From Negaprion brevirostris (taxonomy: Eukaryota), in assembly GCA_030324005.1 (NCBI GenBank), contig JARDVH010000115.1, positions 39,554,587 to 39,618,586 of the forward strand: 64,000 nt of DNA, given 5' to 3'. Under the pieces are notes generated by a model. That model did not search any database. It was not told the origin of the DNA and saw nothing but the letters and a program-made list of their open reading frames with translations. Within the stretch, counting starts at the first letter, position 1, and every line of letters begins with the position of its first letter. The position numbers and the translations under genes are program-made. Shown here in pieces: positions 24,050 to 36,535 of this stretch.

Positions 24050-27000
24050 CAAGAACAAAGTTCAAACAGCACTACAGAGAAAAAAATTGGGAACACGGCA
24101 AACAATGTTAAAAAGACAAGCTTAAAGACCCTGTGCTTTTATGCGCAGAACATCTGCAATAAAATGAATGAACTAATTGTGCAGATAGGATGTAAATGAG
24201 TACGATGTAATTGGAATTACAGAGACATGGCTGCAGGGTGACCAGGGGTGGGAATTGAATGTCCCAGGGTATTCAATATTTAGGAAGGACAGGCATAAAA
24301 GGAAAAGGTGGTGGAGTGGCACTGCTGGTTAAAGAGGAAATTAACGTAGTGAGAAAGGATATTAGCTCTGACAACGTGGAATCTGTGCAGGTAGAGTTGA
24401 GAAATACCAATGGGTAAAAAACATTAGTAGATGTCATATACAGACCCCCCACTACGGTGATGTTGGGAATGGCATTAAACACGAAAGTAGAGATGCATGT
24501 GATAAGGGAACATTGGTGATCATGGGTGATTTTAATCTGGACATAGATTGGGCAAATCAAATTAGCCATAATGCCATCGAGGAGGAATTTCTGGGATGTA
24601 TACGGGATAGTTTTCTTGACCAATATGTGGAGGAACCAACTAGAGAGCAGGCCATATTAGACTGGGTACTCATTGCTAATCTAGCTGTATAAGACCCCTT
24701 GGGGATCAGCAACTGTAACATGATAGAATTTATCAAGATGGAATGTGAAGTAGTTGATTCGGAGATTAGGGTGCTGACTCTTAATAAAGGAAACTATGAG
24801 GATATGAGAAATGAATTGGCCTTGATAGATTGGGGAGATTACTTAAAGGGATGACAGTGGATAGGCAATGGCAAACATTCAAGGAACGCATGGAGGATCT
24901 GCAGCAACTGTTTATTCCTGTCTGGCACAAAAGCAAAATGGGTACGTGGCCAAACGAGACATCTAAAATGGCGATTTGTAAAGCACTCTGGGACAATTGG
25001 GCAAGAAGTAAAATGACAGGCTGCAGTTTAAAGACAGAGACAAACAGGCTGCAACCCTGACAAGTGAATAAACAGGATATGGGTCATTTCCAGGATGAAA
25101 GGAACTTTATCTCATACTGGGGTGTTTCATCTCCGGGATGACAGAGACTTTTTGGTCACACTGGGTTGTGTACCAGACATAAGGGCACTGTGACCTCTTA
25201 GGAAGGAGGTATGTGACCTATGTGCCTCCAACACCTACAGACATGGCCGTTGGGGACACACCCAGAGATCGGTGTGGTGGCATTTGATGCGACTCTTATT
25301 GATCAGGGGGATCAAGTCCTGATCAACTGATTGCCAATGACCAAAAGGGATGTCAAACCCAACAGAGTATAAAGGGTGCTGTGCGACCAGGCATCCCTCT
25401 CTCTCTGACCCCACGAATGAACTACAACAATGGTGAACATTGCCAGCGACGACCAGAGAGAGAGAGACTAACTACAGCCAGAGTGCCAGATCTAAGAACC
25501 AAACTGTGTAGATGACTACCGAGACCAATGCACAGATAAAGGCCAAGATCTGCTTGGGTACTTGCCAGTCACGCAAAGTCAAGTCAAGGTCTTGTATTGG
25601 ACTTGAACTTTAGTATTTTCCTGTAAGATAAATTATTGGTTGGGTGGATGATTATTGATTGTGTGGGTTTAAGTAAGTATTGGTTGTACTAATAAAACAT
25701 CTACTCGTAGTTATTTGTCCACCGCATAAGGGTTAAAACAGACTATGCAGCAGGCAACAGGTAAAACAGCCAATTCATGGCTTACAAAGGAAATTAGAGA
25801 GACTATCCAATCTAAGGAAGAAGCACAGAGATTGGCCAAAAAAATAGGTCTGAGGATTGGAAGCAGTTTAGAATTCAGCAAAGGAGGACCAAGGGATTGA
25901 TTAAGGAGGGGGAAAACACAGTACGAAAGTAGGCTTGCAGGGAACATAAAGACTGACACTAAGAGTTTCTACAGATATGTGAAGAGAAAGAGTTTGAAGA
26001 CAAATGTAGGTCCCCTAAAGGCAGAAATGGGGGACTGTATAATAGGGGACAAAAACAGCCAAGCAACTGAATACATACTTTGGTTCTGAGTTCACAATAG
26101 ACCACAAATCAGATGTCAGAAATGTTGCAGAATGCAAGATTTAGTGAGGGGGAAGAACTGAGGAAGCTCAATATTAGCTGAGAAATGGTGCTGGGAAAAC
26201 TGATGGCATTGAAGGCCAATAAATCCCCAGGGCCTAATAATCTCCATCCCAGGGTACTTAAGGAAGTGGCTCTATAAATAGTGGACACATTGGTGGTCAT
26301 CTTCCAGGATTCTATAGACTTTGGAACAGTCCCCTCAGAAGGTAGCTAATGTCATTCCAATATTCAAAAAGAGAAGTAGAGAGAAAACTGGGAATCAACA
26401 TTGGTAGTGGGGAGAATTCTCAAATCCATCATCAAGGACTTTATAGTAGAATATTTAAAAAGTATTAGCAGGATCAGACAAAGTCAGCATGGATTTATGA
26501 AGGGGAAATCACACTTGACAAATCTGTTGGAATTCTTTGAAGATGTAACTAGAAGAGTTGACAAGGGAGAGCCAGTCGATGTGGTATATTTGGACTTTCA
26601 GAGAGCATTTGACAAAGTCCCGCATAACAGGATTATCATGCAAAATTAAAGCACATGGGATTGGGGGAAATGTATTGAGATAGATAGAAAACTGGTTGGC
26701 AGAGAGGAAACACAGGAATTAATGGGTGTTTTTCAAATTGGCAGGCAATAACTAGTGGGTGCCACAGGGATCACAAAATATATTAAGGATTTGTATGAAG
26801 GAACAAAATGTAACATCAAAGTTTGCAAATGATACCAAGTTGGGTGGGAGGATGAACTGTGACAAGGATGCAAAGATCCTTCAGAATGATCTGGACAGAT
26901 TGGGTGAATGGGCAAATCAATGGCAGATGCAGTATAATTTTGACAAATGTGAGGTTTTTCAGTCTGGAAACAGAAACAAGGCGGCAGGTTACTACTTGAA

Positions 27001-27720
27001 TGGCTGTNNNNNNNNNNNNNNNNNNNNNNNNNNNNNNNNNNNNNNNNNNNNNNNNNNNNNNNNNNNNNNNNNNNNNNNNNNNNNNNNNNNNNNNNNNNNN
27101 NNNNNNNNNNNNNNNNNNNNNNNNNNNNNNNNNNNNNNNNNNNNNNNNNNNNNNNNNNNNNNNNNNNNNNNNNNNNNNNNNNNNNNNNNNNNNNNNNNNN
27201 NNNNNNNNNNNNNNNNNNNNNNNNNNNNNNNNNNNNNNNNNNNNNNNNNNNNNNNNNNNNNCGTGGGTTCGTTGGGCCGAAGGGCCTGTTTCCCATGCTG
27301 TGTTGTTCTTTGATTGAAGGGGGGCTCTCAGAGACTTATAAAATTCTACCAGGACTGGATAGGATAGATGCAGGGAGGATATTCCCGGGCGGGGGAGGAA
27401 GAGCACACGAGAGAAGTCCAAAACCAGGGATCACAATCTTAGAATTCAGGGTAAACCATTTAGGACGGAGGTAAGGAGACATTTCTTCACCCAAAAATTG
27501 GTGAGCCTATGGAATTCATCACCACAGGAAGTACTTGATACCAAAACATTGAAAGTATTCAAGAGGCAGCTGGATATAGTACTTGGAGCAAATGGGATCA
27601 ACGGTTATGGAGAAAAAACAGAATTAGGTTATTCAGTTGGATGATCAGCCATGATCGTAAATGAATAGCAGAGCAGGCTCGAAGGGCCAAATGGCCTCCT
27701 CCTGCTTCTATCATCTCTGT
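24050..27720 (+). mobile_element. Long CR1 (HER1-like) ORF2 copy with 3' tail, interrupted by a solo LTR and a gap
   Basis: EN motifs (ITETWLQGDQGWELNV, IMGDFN), RT motifs (QHGFMKGKSHLTNLLEFFEDVT...DVVYLDFQRAFDKVPH, SKFANDTKLGG) and tail gaagggccaaatggcctcctcctgcttct. Confidence 0.92.
24945..25759 (+). mobile_element. Solo LTR (815 bp) with 4-bp TSD GGTA
   Basis: Removing it restores CR1 continuity (aaaatg-ggta-aaacagcc). Ends are cGTGGCC...GGCAACA, with CCAAT at 25334, TATAAA at 25368 and AATAAA at 25691. Confidence 0.85.
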
Positions 27721-28340
27721 TGCGATGCTCATTAACCACTGCAGTATAAGAACAGCAGGTGTTGTTCAAGGAAATAATGCTGATTTGGAATAAATATGTT
27801 CAAGGAAAAAAAAGGGCGAAACTCCAAAATACCCAATTAAAAATCCTAATACCAACCCACCATTATTGCACCCTGCTACCTTCCCCACCANNNNNNNNNN
27901 NNNNNNNNNNNNNNNNNNNNNNNNNNNNNNNNNNNNNNNNNNNNNNNNNNNNNNNNNNNNNNNNNNNNNNNNNNNNNNNNNNNNNNNNNNNNNNNNNNNN
28001 NNNNNNNNNNCAGTTTGGGAAATACAAGAGTGTCACATACTTGATTAAAGATTTGGAATGGGAATTATCACCGTCAAGAAAAGTAGGCTAAGATTCTATA
28101 AGATTTGGAATAAGCTGGTGGGAATTCACAGCACCAAGTATCCTGTGGCAATACCAAAACATAAGGGAGCTATCTTCGCAAAATACAAGAGCATTTGTTT
28201 CGAAGACAATGGTTCAACAATCCTACTTCCCAAGGACAATCCCAGAATGGAACAAGCTGCCATATGAAATAGTCAGAAGCCCTAACACTGGAAATCTTCA
28301 AGATCTATATCTAGATTATTTACATTTATAAAGTTTTTCA

Positions 28341-28718
28341 GGGGGAGATTGTGATGTAATGATAATGTGACTGGAATAGTAAGGCAGAGGCCAAGGCTAA
28401 TGCTCTGGGGACATTGGTTCAACCCAACCATAACAGCAAGGAGAATTTAATTCAAATTAATAAAATCTGGAATTGAAAATTAGTCTCAGTGAACATGAAA
28501 CTATTGTAAAAACGCATCAAGTTCACAGTGCCCTTTAGTGAAGGAAATTGGTCACCCTTACCTGGTCTGGTCTGTATGTGACTCCAGACACATAGCAATA
28601 TGGCTGACTCTTAACTGCACTTTGCAATGGCCTAGCAAGCCATTCAGTTAAAGGGCAATTAGGGATAGGCAACAAAATGTTAGCTGAGCAAGTGACGCCC
28701 AACATGAAATAATAAAAA
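28341..28718 (+). mobile_element. tRNA-derived SINE family 2, near full length
   Basis: A-box-like gtgatgtaatga, B box ggttcaaccc, same body as the 14.8 and 54.5 kb copies, tail aagggcaattagggataggcaac. Confidence 0.82.
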
Positions 28719-28911
28719 TCATCAGGACTACCATAATCAGCAAGTCCTGTCTGATTAACATTAGCACTATGATGTGGGATATTAGCCTGTGATGTTGACA
28801 CAACTAAGGTAGAAAGTGCAGGGGCGACATTAAAAGGGAAATGGGGAAGTAAAGAGAAAGCATGCAAACATATTGACAAGCAAAATCCAAGGAAAACCAA
28901 AAGACATTTTA

Positions 28912-29043
28912 TAAGAACCTAAGAAATAGGAGCAGGAGTAGGCCATCTAGCCCTTCGAGCCTGCCTCGCCATTCAATAAGGTCATGGCTGATCTGTCGTG
29001 GCTCAGTTCCACATTCCCGCCCTCTCCCCATAACCCTTAATCC
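28912..29043 (-). mobile_element. Young CR1 3' tail running into a gap
   Basis: taagaaataggagcaggagtaggccatctagcccttcgagcctgcc is nearly identical to 39340-39404. Confidence 0.85.
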
Positions 29044-29429
29044 NNNNNNNNNNNNNNNNNNNNNNNNNNNNNNNNNNNNNNNNNNNNNNNNNNNNNNNNN
29101 NNNNNNNNNNNNNNNNNNNNNNNNNNNNNNNNNNNNNNNNNNNNNNNNNNNNNNNNNNNNNNNNNNNNNNNNNNNNNNNNNNNNNNNNNNNNNNNNNNNN
29201 NNNNNNNNNNNNNNNNNNNNNNNNNNNNNNNNNNNNNNNNNNNNNNNNNNNNNNNNNNNNNNNNNNNNNNNNNNNNNNNNNNNNNNNNNNNNNNNNNNNN
29301 NNNNNNNNNNNNNNNNNNNNNNNNNNNNNNNNNNNNNNNNNNNNNNNNNNNNNNNNNNNNNNNNNNNNNNNNNNNNNNNNNNNNNNNNNNNCTCATTTGA
29401 TGCTGTTAAATAGATTTTAAAAATGCTTT

Positions 29430-30460
29430 TCAAAAGGTTGCATATAGTAGGCTGGTCAAGGAAAGTGGCAAGATAAATGCAAAATCGACTCAGCATCAGA
29501 AACCAAAGGGTAATGGTCACATGGCATTTCTGTACTGGAAGGCTGTTTCCAAGGTAGTTCTATATAATTGAGTAGAGTCCCCTGCTGTTTGTGGTGTACA
29601 GTGATTTAGATTTGTATGCTGGGGACGTGGTTAAGAGGTTGGCAGATAATTCAAAAATTGACCTTGTGGTTGAGAGAAAGGAAGAAAGCTGCAGACGACA
29701 AGATATTAATGGACTGGTCGGGTAGGCAAAAATAAAGTAAAATGGAATCCAGTCCACAGAAGTGTGAGGTAATGCATTTAGAGACAGCAAGCAAGGCAAG
29801 GGATTACATGACAAATAGAAGGATAATGAGAATTGTAGAGAAACAGAGGAACCTTGATGCACATGTCCACAGGATGAAGAAGAAAGTAAGGCAGGCAGAT
29901 AAGGTGGCTCAGAAGGTATATTAGATACTTTTGTTGTGGCCGAGGCATAGAGTAGAAGAGCAGAAAGGTTATGCTTGAACTGTATAGAACAAGATGATAT
30001 TTAGAGTACTGCACACAGTTCCAGGTGTGTCATAGGAAGGATGCGATCACATCAAAAAGGATACACAGGAGATTTATGAGGAAGTAGCGTAACTTCTCCA
30101 GTTCTGGCAAAGATTGGATATACGATGAAGAGAAACTGAGAGATTTAACTGAGGTGTATAAAATTCTGAGGGGCCTAGACAGCGAGGATCTCTTTCTGTT
30201 AGTAGAGATGTCAACAACAGGAGGCTTTATATCTTAACTGTTAGGAGGATCACAGGGAAGCTGAGAGATTATTGCACCTGGAGCTTTCTGCCCGAGAGGG
30301 TGGTAAAAGCAGAAATCCTCATTACATTTAAAAACATCTGAAGTGCTGTAACATCAAGGCTACAGGCTAAGAGATGAATGGTAAAATTAGTCTGGATGTG
30401 TTTTCTTGGTCAACACAGACACAATTGGCCAAATGGCCTCCCTCTGTGACATAATTTTTT
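29430..30460 (+). mobile_element. Old CR1 RT and 3' fragment
   Basis: Degenerate KCEVMHL and LEYCTQF motifs and tail ggccaaatggcctccctctgtg. Confidence 0.75.
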
Positions 30461-30879
30461 CTGCTTTTCATGGAATAATGCTGTATGGGAAGTCAGTCCA
30501 TTGTGCCAATGGCAGATCTTCAAAAGAAATAACCAATTAGTCCCATTTCCTTGCTCTTTCCCCATATCCCTGCACGTTTTCCCCATGAGATTTTGTTTGG
30601 GAAATGGCAGAGAATATCTGCCCATTTTTAATGTTGATGTTATTTCTCCCAACCATATTCATACAGTATTCCCTATTCAAGATCTTGCTCAGAAAATCAC
30701 CCCCCCTCCTCCATTTCCATTATTGAACCAGTCAATACAAGAAACAAAACTGGCCTGCGGTTAATCAATTCAGATTACCCTGCCAATTAAGTAAGTAATC
30801 TCTACAAAGTATCAATGACAGAAATTAAAAACTTGTTTGGAATTGGAAACACAACTTTAAATACAGGAGACCGCTTGTT

Positions 30880-32360
30880 GAGAACTCCAATATACCATGA
30901 GAGAATCTAACCATACCCCCATGACATCCAATGGCATTACCATGACTGAATCCCTCATTGTTAATATCCTGGGGGTCACTGTTGACTAGAAACAGAACTA
31001 CCCTGCCATATAATGACTGTGCCTACAAAAATAGGTCACATGCTGAGAATTTGAAGTGCAACTCACCTCCTGACTCCCAAATCCTGTCCACTACCTACAA
31101 AGCACGCAATCCCTCAGGATTGAGGACAGCTTGTTTCCACTCCAGTTCAATGAGTTCCAAGATGGCCAGTAGATTTGCAATCAGCAGATTCTCCAAATGT
31201 GAGGCAATTAGTGTTTGAAGATCCAAGCAAATGAGGAATTAGGAGATTTGCAGGCTTTCTCCAATATATCAACATTGCTTCCACATGCTCCTCATAGTCA
31301 TAGAGGTTTACAGCCCTTCAGCCCAACTTGTCTATGCCGCCTCTCCTAATGAAGTTCTTCAATGCATTACGCATCTTCCTGAGTAAACCTTCTTCATTTT
31401 GGTTAGTTACAAGCTAAGGACTCCATGAGTCTGCAGTGATGTTTGATTTCTTCAGGGATGCTTTGAGGACACCTCAAACATTTCCACTGTCCTCCTGTGA
31501 GTTGCTTGCCATGACCAAGTTCAGAATAGAATGGTTGCTTCTGGACTCAGATGTCAGACATACAAACAACATGTCCCGCCCAGCAAAGCTGGTTTTAAGT
31601 GTTTAGCATCTCGATGATCAGCGTGTTGGCTTGGGAGAGGATGTTGCTGTTGGACTGCCTTTCGTGCCAATTGATTTAAAGCAACTTGCAAAGGCACTAC
31701 TGATGGTGATACTGCATTCTTTGAGGTCATCCAAGTTTTCAAAGCATATAGGAGCACAGGGATTGCTGCTGCCCAGTAAACTATGAGATCCTGATCCTTA
31801 AAAGCTTTTTGACTCTGTTGGCCGAAGGCTACTTGGCCTGTTGGAAGCAATGATCATCATCTATGTCTGCCTTCATTGAAAGAAGGATTCCCAAGATATG
31901 GAATACACTCCACTTGCCCGGAGGCACCAACAACACTCTCACGATCAGCTCACAATCCACCAATATAAACATTCACCCCCTCCAGCCCTGGCACACAGTG
32001 GCAGTAGTATGTACTATCTTCAAGATGCACTGCAGTAACTCACCAAGCCCCCTTTGGAAGCACTGTGAACTCTACCATCTAGAGAAAGGGCAACAGATGC
32101 ATAGAAACACCATCACTCACCTGCAAGGTCCCTCCCAAGCCACTCACCATCCTGACATGGAACTAAATTGCTTTTCCTCCACTTTAATTGAGTCAAAATC
32201 CAGGAACTCCCTACTTAACAGCACAGTGGGTGTTGTTATATCAGGTGGACTGTAACAGTTCAAGAAAGCAGGTCACCAAGATTATCTCGAGGATAACTGG
32301 GATTGGGCAACAAATACTGACTTTATCAACAATGCTCACATCCCAAGAAATAATGAAAGA
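30880..32360 (+). mobile_element. CR1-group LINE family B 3' part, interrupted by an antisense RTE (~31110-31875)
   Basis: NILGVTVD...HLLTP...STTYKA before the break; EY.PLA...VAVVCTIFKMHCSNSP and the family B tail after it. The RTE on minus gives AFGQ.SQKAFKDQDL..VY.AA.IPVLLY.LKTW. Confidence 0.78.
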
Positions 32361-32789
32361 AATGCTATACACAACAATGTAGTAACATAAATAAAAGCCC
32401 TTGAATCAATGAATGATTTGCATAGCTACTACCTGAGTAGTTACAGCTACATACAGATGTCCACTCCAAGCAATTAAAATTCAAAATGTTTTGATTACAG
32501 ACCATAACGTTCATACACACTGAATATCTAAATCTATTATAGCAATTATAAAAAATCCAACTGAACCTCCTGGGCACTTTTGCCATGTTTGACAAAACAC
32601 GAGCTCTACAAGTGTTAAAAATGCAGGTTGGCTGTGGTTGCAATTATTTAACAGGACATTTATAAAAATGTACAAGTGGGTCATTTATACTTAGATCAAG
32701 GCTGTATATATAATAGTTGCATGTACTTCATATTAGAATAACGTGGCTGGTTTGAACTAGTATTTATCTGGAAGGAACTGCAGCAAAGC

Positions 32790-33515
32790 AATAAATGCAA
32801 AATACTGTAAATCTGAACAGAAATAGAAAATGCCAGAAATACTCAAGTTGGTCTGGCAACATCTGTGGAGGGCTAAAGTTTCAGGTCAATGACTTCTCAA
32901 CAGAACTGGAAAAATTCAGATATGCAGGTTTAAAGCAAGCATAGGAGGTATGGGAAGTGAGTGGTGGGGTGGAAGAAAGGAGAGATCAAATGCCAAAAGG
33001 ATGATGGTACAAGGCAAAAGGGGGCGAGAGATGTAAAGAAATAAAAGACATGCTGTGAGGTGTAAATGGGAAAATCATTTCCAACAGCTCCATCCAAAAA
33101 GAAAAATTGAAAAAATTCAAAATGAAAGGGGGGCAGTGGTTACCTATGATCTGTAAAGATTCCAAGGTACCTAACTAAAAGATGAGATGCTGTACCTCAA
33201 ACCTACACTCAGCTTCACTGAGTGCTGGAGGCCAACGACTAAAGTTAACCTGAGAATTAAAATGGCAGACAACTAGGAGCTCAAAGTCAGGTTTATGAAC
33301 TGAATGAAAGTGCTACCATCCTGGAGACCACATCATGCGTAGCAAATACAGTATCCAAAACTGAAAATATAAGTTAGCGGCTGTTTCATTTAGAAGGAAT
33401 GTTTGGACCGTGGACGATGAGAAGGTAAAAGGGCAGGTGTTGCACTGTATCAGTTGAAGTACATGCATTTGGAGGGCATTGATCAGATGGCTGCTGGAGC
33501 TTATACAAAGCGACA
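32790..33515 (-). mobile_element. Penelope-like element fragment
   Basis: Terminal motif aaatactgtaaatctgaa...ggtctggcaacatctgtggag shared with the 34.39 kb copy, followed by degenerate GIY-YIG-region sequence. Confidence 0.65.
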
Positions 33516-33669
33516 CTTAGGAACACAAAAATTGAATGGAGTCTAGAGATGTACACCTGTAACATTTCATTTTATAAATAAATGCACTAAAGACAGTCAG
33601 TAATGTAACACTGCATCACCTGTGCATGAGAAGTGGAGAGGGTATCAAACGTGATGGAGGAGTAAACTG

Positions 33670-34025
33670 GGCTGCTACCAAAATGGACAATTTCACATTT
33701 CCCACATTATACTCCACTGCTAGATTTTTGCCCATTCATTTAACCCATCTATATCCCTTTGTAGCCTCCATACATCCTCTTTGCAACTTAACTTTCCTAC
33801 CTATCTTTATATCAGCAAATATAACAACTGTATTTTTTGTCTCTTCATTTAAGTCACTTATATAAATTGTAATAAGGTGAGGATCCAGCATTTGTCCATG
33901 TAGCACACCACTCATTACATCTTGTCAACCAGAAAATGACTCATTAATGCCTACTGTTTCCTGTTAGCTCACCAACCTTCTATCCCTGCCAATATATTAC
34001 ACCCTACATCATGAGCTTCGATTTT
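33670..34025 (-). mobile_element. CR1-like RT fragment
   Basis: Reverse-strand SGV.HGQMLDP.LI.IYISDL, FAD and NVGKCEIVHFG motifs. Confidence 0.7.
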
Positions 34026-34389
34026 CCATTATGTGGATTTGGGTTCTCCTCTATTGGTAAGTACACTGATGGAATTTAAGACTGTTGCCTTCCATTTTGG
34101 TGTTCCTAATAATTCAACACGTTGATCATGTCATTGTTGCACAAGAAGAAATCTGGCCCATCAGTAATCTCCACAATGTTAATATGTAATATAAATACAA
34201 TTACATTTAAGATGTATAATTTCATATGAAACACATATAAGCTGCATTGTGACGAATCAGCCAATAGTCATACATTAAACTACTGCTGCCAACAGATTAA
34301 TATAATTCTAAATACTTCTGAGGTCTAAGATAACTCGTAAAATACAGTAGCTAAAAAACCATTTTTGATTCAACCAACCATGTGTATCA

Positions 34390-35300
34390 ATAAAAGCAAA
34401 ATACTGTGGATGCTAGAATTTGAAAGAAAAACAAAAAAATGCTGGAAAAACCCAGCAGGTCTGGCAGCATCTGTGGAGACAGAAAGCAAGTTAATGCTTT
34501 GAATCCATATAAATTCTTCACAGCTAAAGAGAGAGAAAAAATGATGGATAATACCGTACAAGAGGGGATGGAGCAACTGGAGAAGAGTAGAAGGTCAGTG
34601 GTTGGTGGGAGCTAGAGGAGATTGCAACGAAGATGTGTAGGTTACAATACAGGGAAAGTGTTAATGGTAAAAAGTGCTAGTAGTTGCATAAAGGTTAAAA
34701 GAAAGCATTAGGACATAAATGTGTTGCATATTAAAAAAGGGTCAAAATGGAGAACAGTCTAAAGTTGTTGAACTCAATGTTGAGTCCTAAGGCTGTAACA
34801 AGCCTAATCAGAAGAGGAGGCACTGCTCCAGTTTGAGTTGGGCTTCTGGAGTATTGCAAAAGGCCAAGGATGGACATGTGTGTACGAAAGCAAGATGCTG
34901 AGTTTAAATGGCAAGCAACAGGAAAGTTGACATCATGCTTGCAGACTGAGCAAAGATGTTCTGCAAAGTGGTCACCCAGTCTGTGTTTAATCTCTCCAAT
35001 GTAGAGGAGATCGCACTGGGAACAGTGAATACAGGAGGCCAAAATTAAGGAGGTTTCATAGTGACATCATGTTGGATTTGACAGAAACAGCAGAGGATGA
35101 TCCTTTGAATGTGGAAGCTGATGAGATGTAAAGTGAGGATAAAGGGGACCCTGTCATGGTTCTGGGAAGGGGTGAGATGCAGAAATGGGTCAAACCCAGT
35201 TGAGTGCCCTGTCAAACACAGACAGGAGGAAACCTCAGTTAAGGAAAAAGCAGACATGTCAGAAGCGCCATTTTCAAAGGTAGCACCATCAGAACAGATA
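34390..35300 (-). mobile_element. Penelope-like element: GIY-YIG endonuclease remnant plus terminal repeat
   Basis: ORF 34731-35042 has CIHCSQCDLLYIGEIKHRLGDHFAEHL...PVACHLNS (YIGET.R.L..RF.EH motif). ORF 35045-35257 has RVPFILT.H...IQRII. Confidence 0.88.
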
Positions 35301-36096
35301 TTAAGTTTTGATAAGACAATGAAATCAAAACCTGCAAAGTAAAAGGAAGCAAAATAGAAGCAAATGTTAAGTTTTGTCTTTAAAACTGTGGGATGGTATT
35401 GAGTGAAGTAATGACTAAAATTCTAGGTGCCCTTTAAGGCAGGATATTAAAACTGTAGAAAAGGTAAAATTCACTATTACACCAGAAGTTACAGTTGAGA
35501 AAAATATTTAATAAGTCTGTTTTTCACTGAAATAGAAAGGGTTGCATCAAGGTTTTTAAAATTAACAGATTCAGATGAAACAATACAATACTGCTTTCAT
35601 TATCTGATGGATCACTAAAAGAGGACATTAATTCAGGATCATCTCGACGCAGGAAATTAAAAGAATGCACTTTCGTAGACCATCACAAAGTAGTGCTCAA
35701 ATTATAAACTGTTCAGACACTATTCCATTTAAAATGAATTGAATACAAGCAGGGAAGCAAGGTTTGAACAGATATTCTCAGCTGAGCTAATATAAACACG
35801 ATGAGCCAAATAACATCCTGTGAATCAGTTATAGTAACTGATTTTGTTGAATTAACCATAGTGCAATGGGTGTCCCCGAACATAGTACAACAACCAGCCG
35901 CTAAAACATTAGACCCTTACAATGACAGTTAACAATTAAAAGCTTATTTCCGTGCTAACACATCTGGATAGTCAGCCATTTTCCCTGACTACCGAAAGCA
36001 CGGAGGCCCGAGATGAAGCAGACTGGGTTGCCAGCATTGACAATGGGGTAGCACAAACACAGCCAGACAGCGCCTCATCCCGAGACAGGGACCCAC

Positions 36097-36123
36097 CTCG
36101 AAAAGTTCCGCGGTCGCAGCCAT
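36097..36123 (-). CDS. EXOC5: Exocyst complex component 5 (Sec10), coding exon 1 (MAATAELFE)
   Basis: Minus strand reads ATG GCT GCG ACC GCG GAA CTT TTC GAG|gtgggt. This matches the vertebrate EXOC5 N-terminus MATTAELFE, with a GT donor in phase 0. Confidence 0.95.
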
Positions 36124-36470
36124 TCCGCCCGAACACAGGAGCCGCTCCCTAACCTGCTGGCTCAGCCACCTACATAATGAGCAGAATTGAGGGCGATGCT
36201 GTTGGGTTTTTGACGGTGGGGGATTCTAAGGGCGTTGAACTCCACTACCTGTCACACCCCCACCAACTAACCGCCCGGCGCTTCCGCCATCTTGCCACCA
36301 TCGGAAGTTACGCACTGACACCCCGGAGCCGCCGCGTCTGCGCAGCTGGGCACTGCCCTCTGACCCCGGCGGCGGGTTGGCGCAGGTCAGCTGCAGGCTT
36401 TGGGTGCTGGAAGGTTTTGTTCAGTGTGGTGTCTGTGTTGGCCTTAATGTCGCTGGGTTTGGCGTAAAAA

Positions 36471-36535
36471 ATGAGTGTTCGGGCGGTTTGGCTGCTGGGG
36501 CTCGAGAAGGGTGAAACATCCGTGAAGCTGTCGAG
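36471..36535 (+). CDS. AP5M1: AP-5 complex subunit mu-1, coding exon 1 (MSVRAVWLLGLEKGETSVKLS-R)
   Basis: AAAATGAGT start; RAVWL motif as in human MAQRAVWL; donor AG|gtaaa in phase 2 joins exon 2. Confidence 0.92.

Noticed and set aside
34731-35042. GIY-YIG ORF as a domesticated nuclease gene
   Set aside because: It is frameshifted relative to adjacent Penelope ORF pieces and attached to the element terminus, consistent with neutral decay.
36177-36467. 96-aa plus-strand ORF across the promoter, in frame with AP5M1
   Set aside because: No recognisable homology, GC-rich sequence is stop-poor, it begins within the likely EXOC5 5' region and it stops before the AP5M1 ATG. Only its last ATG is kept as a uORF candidate.
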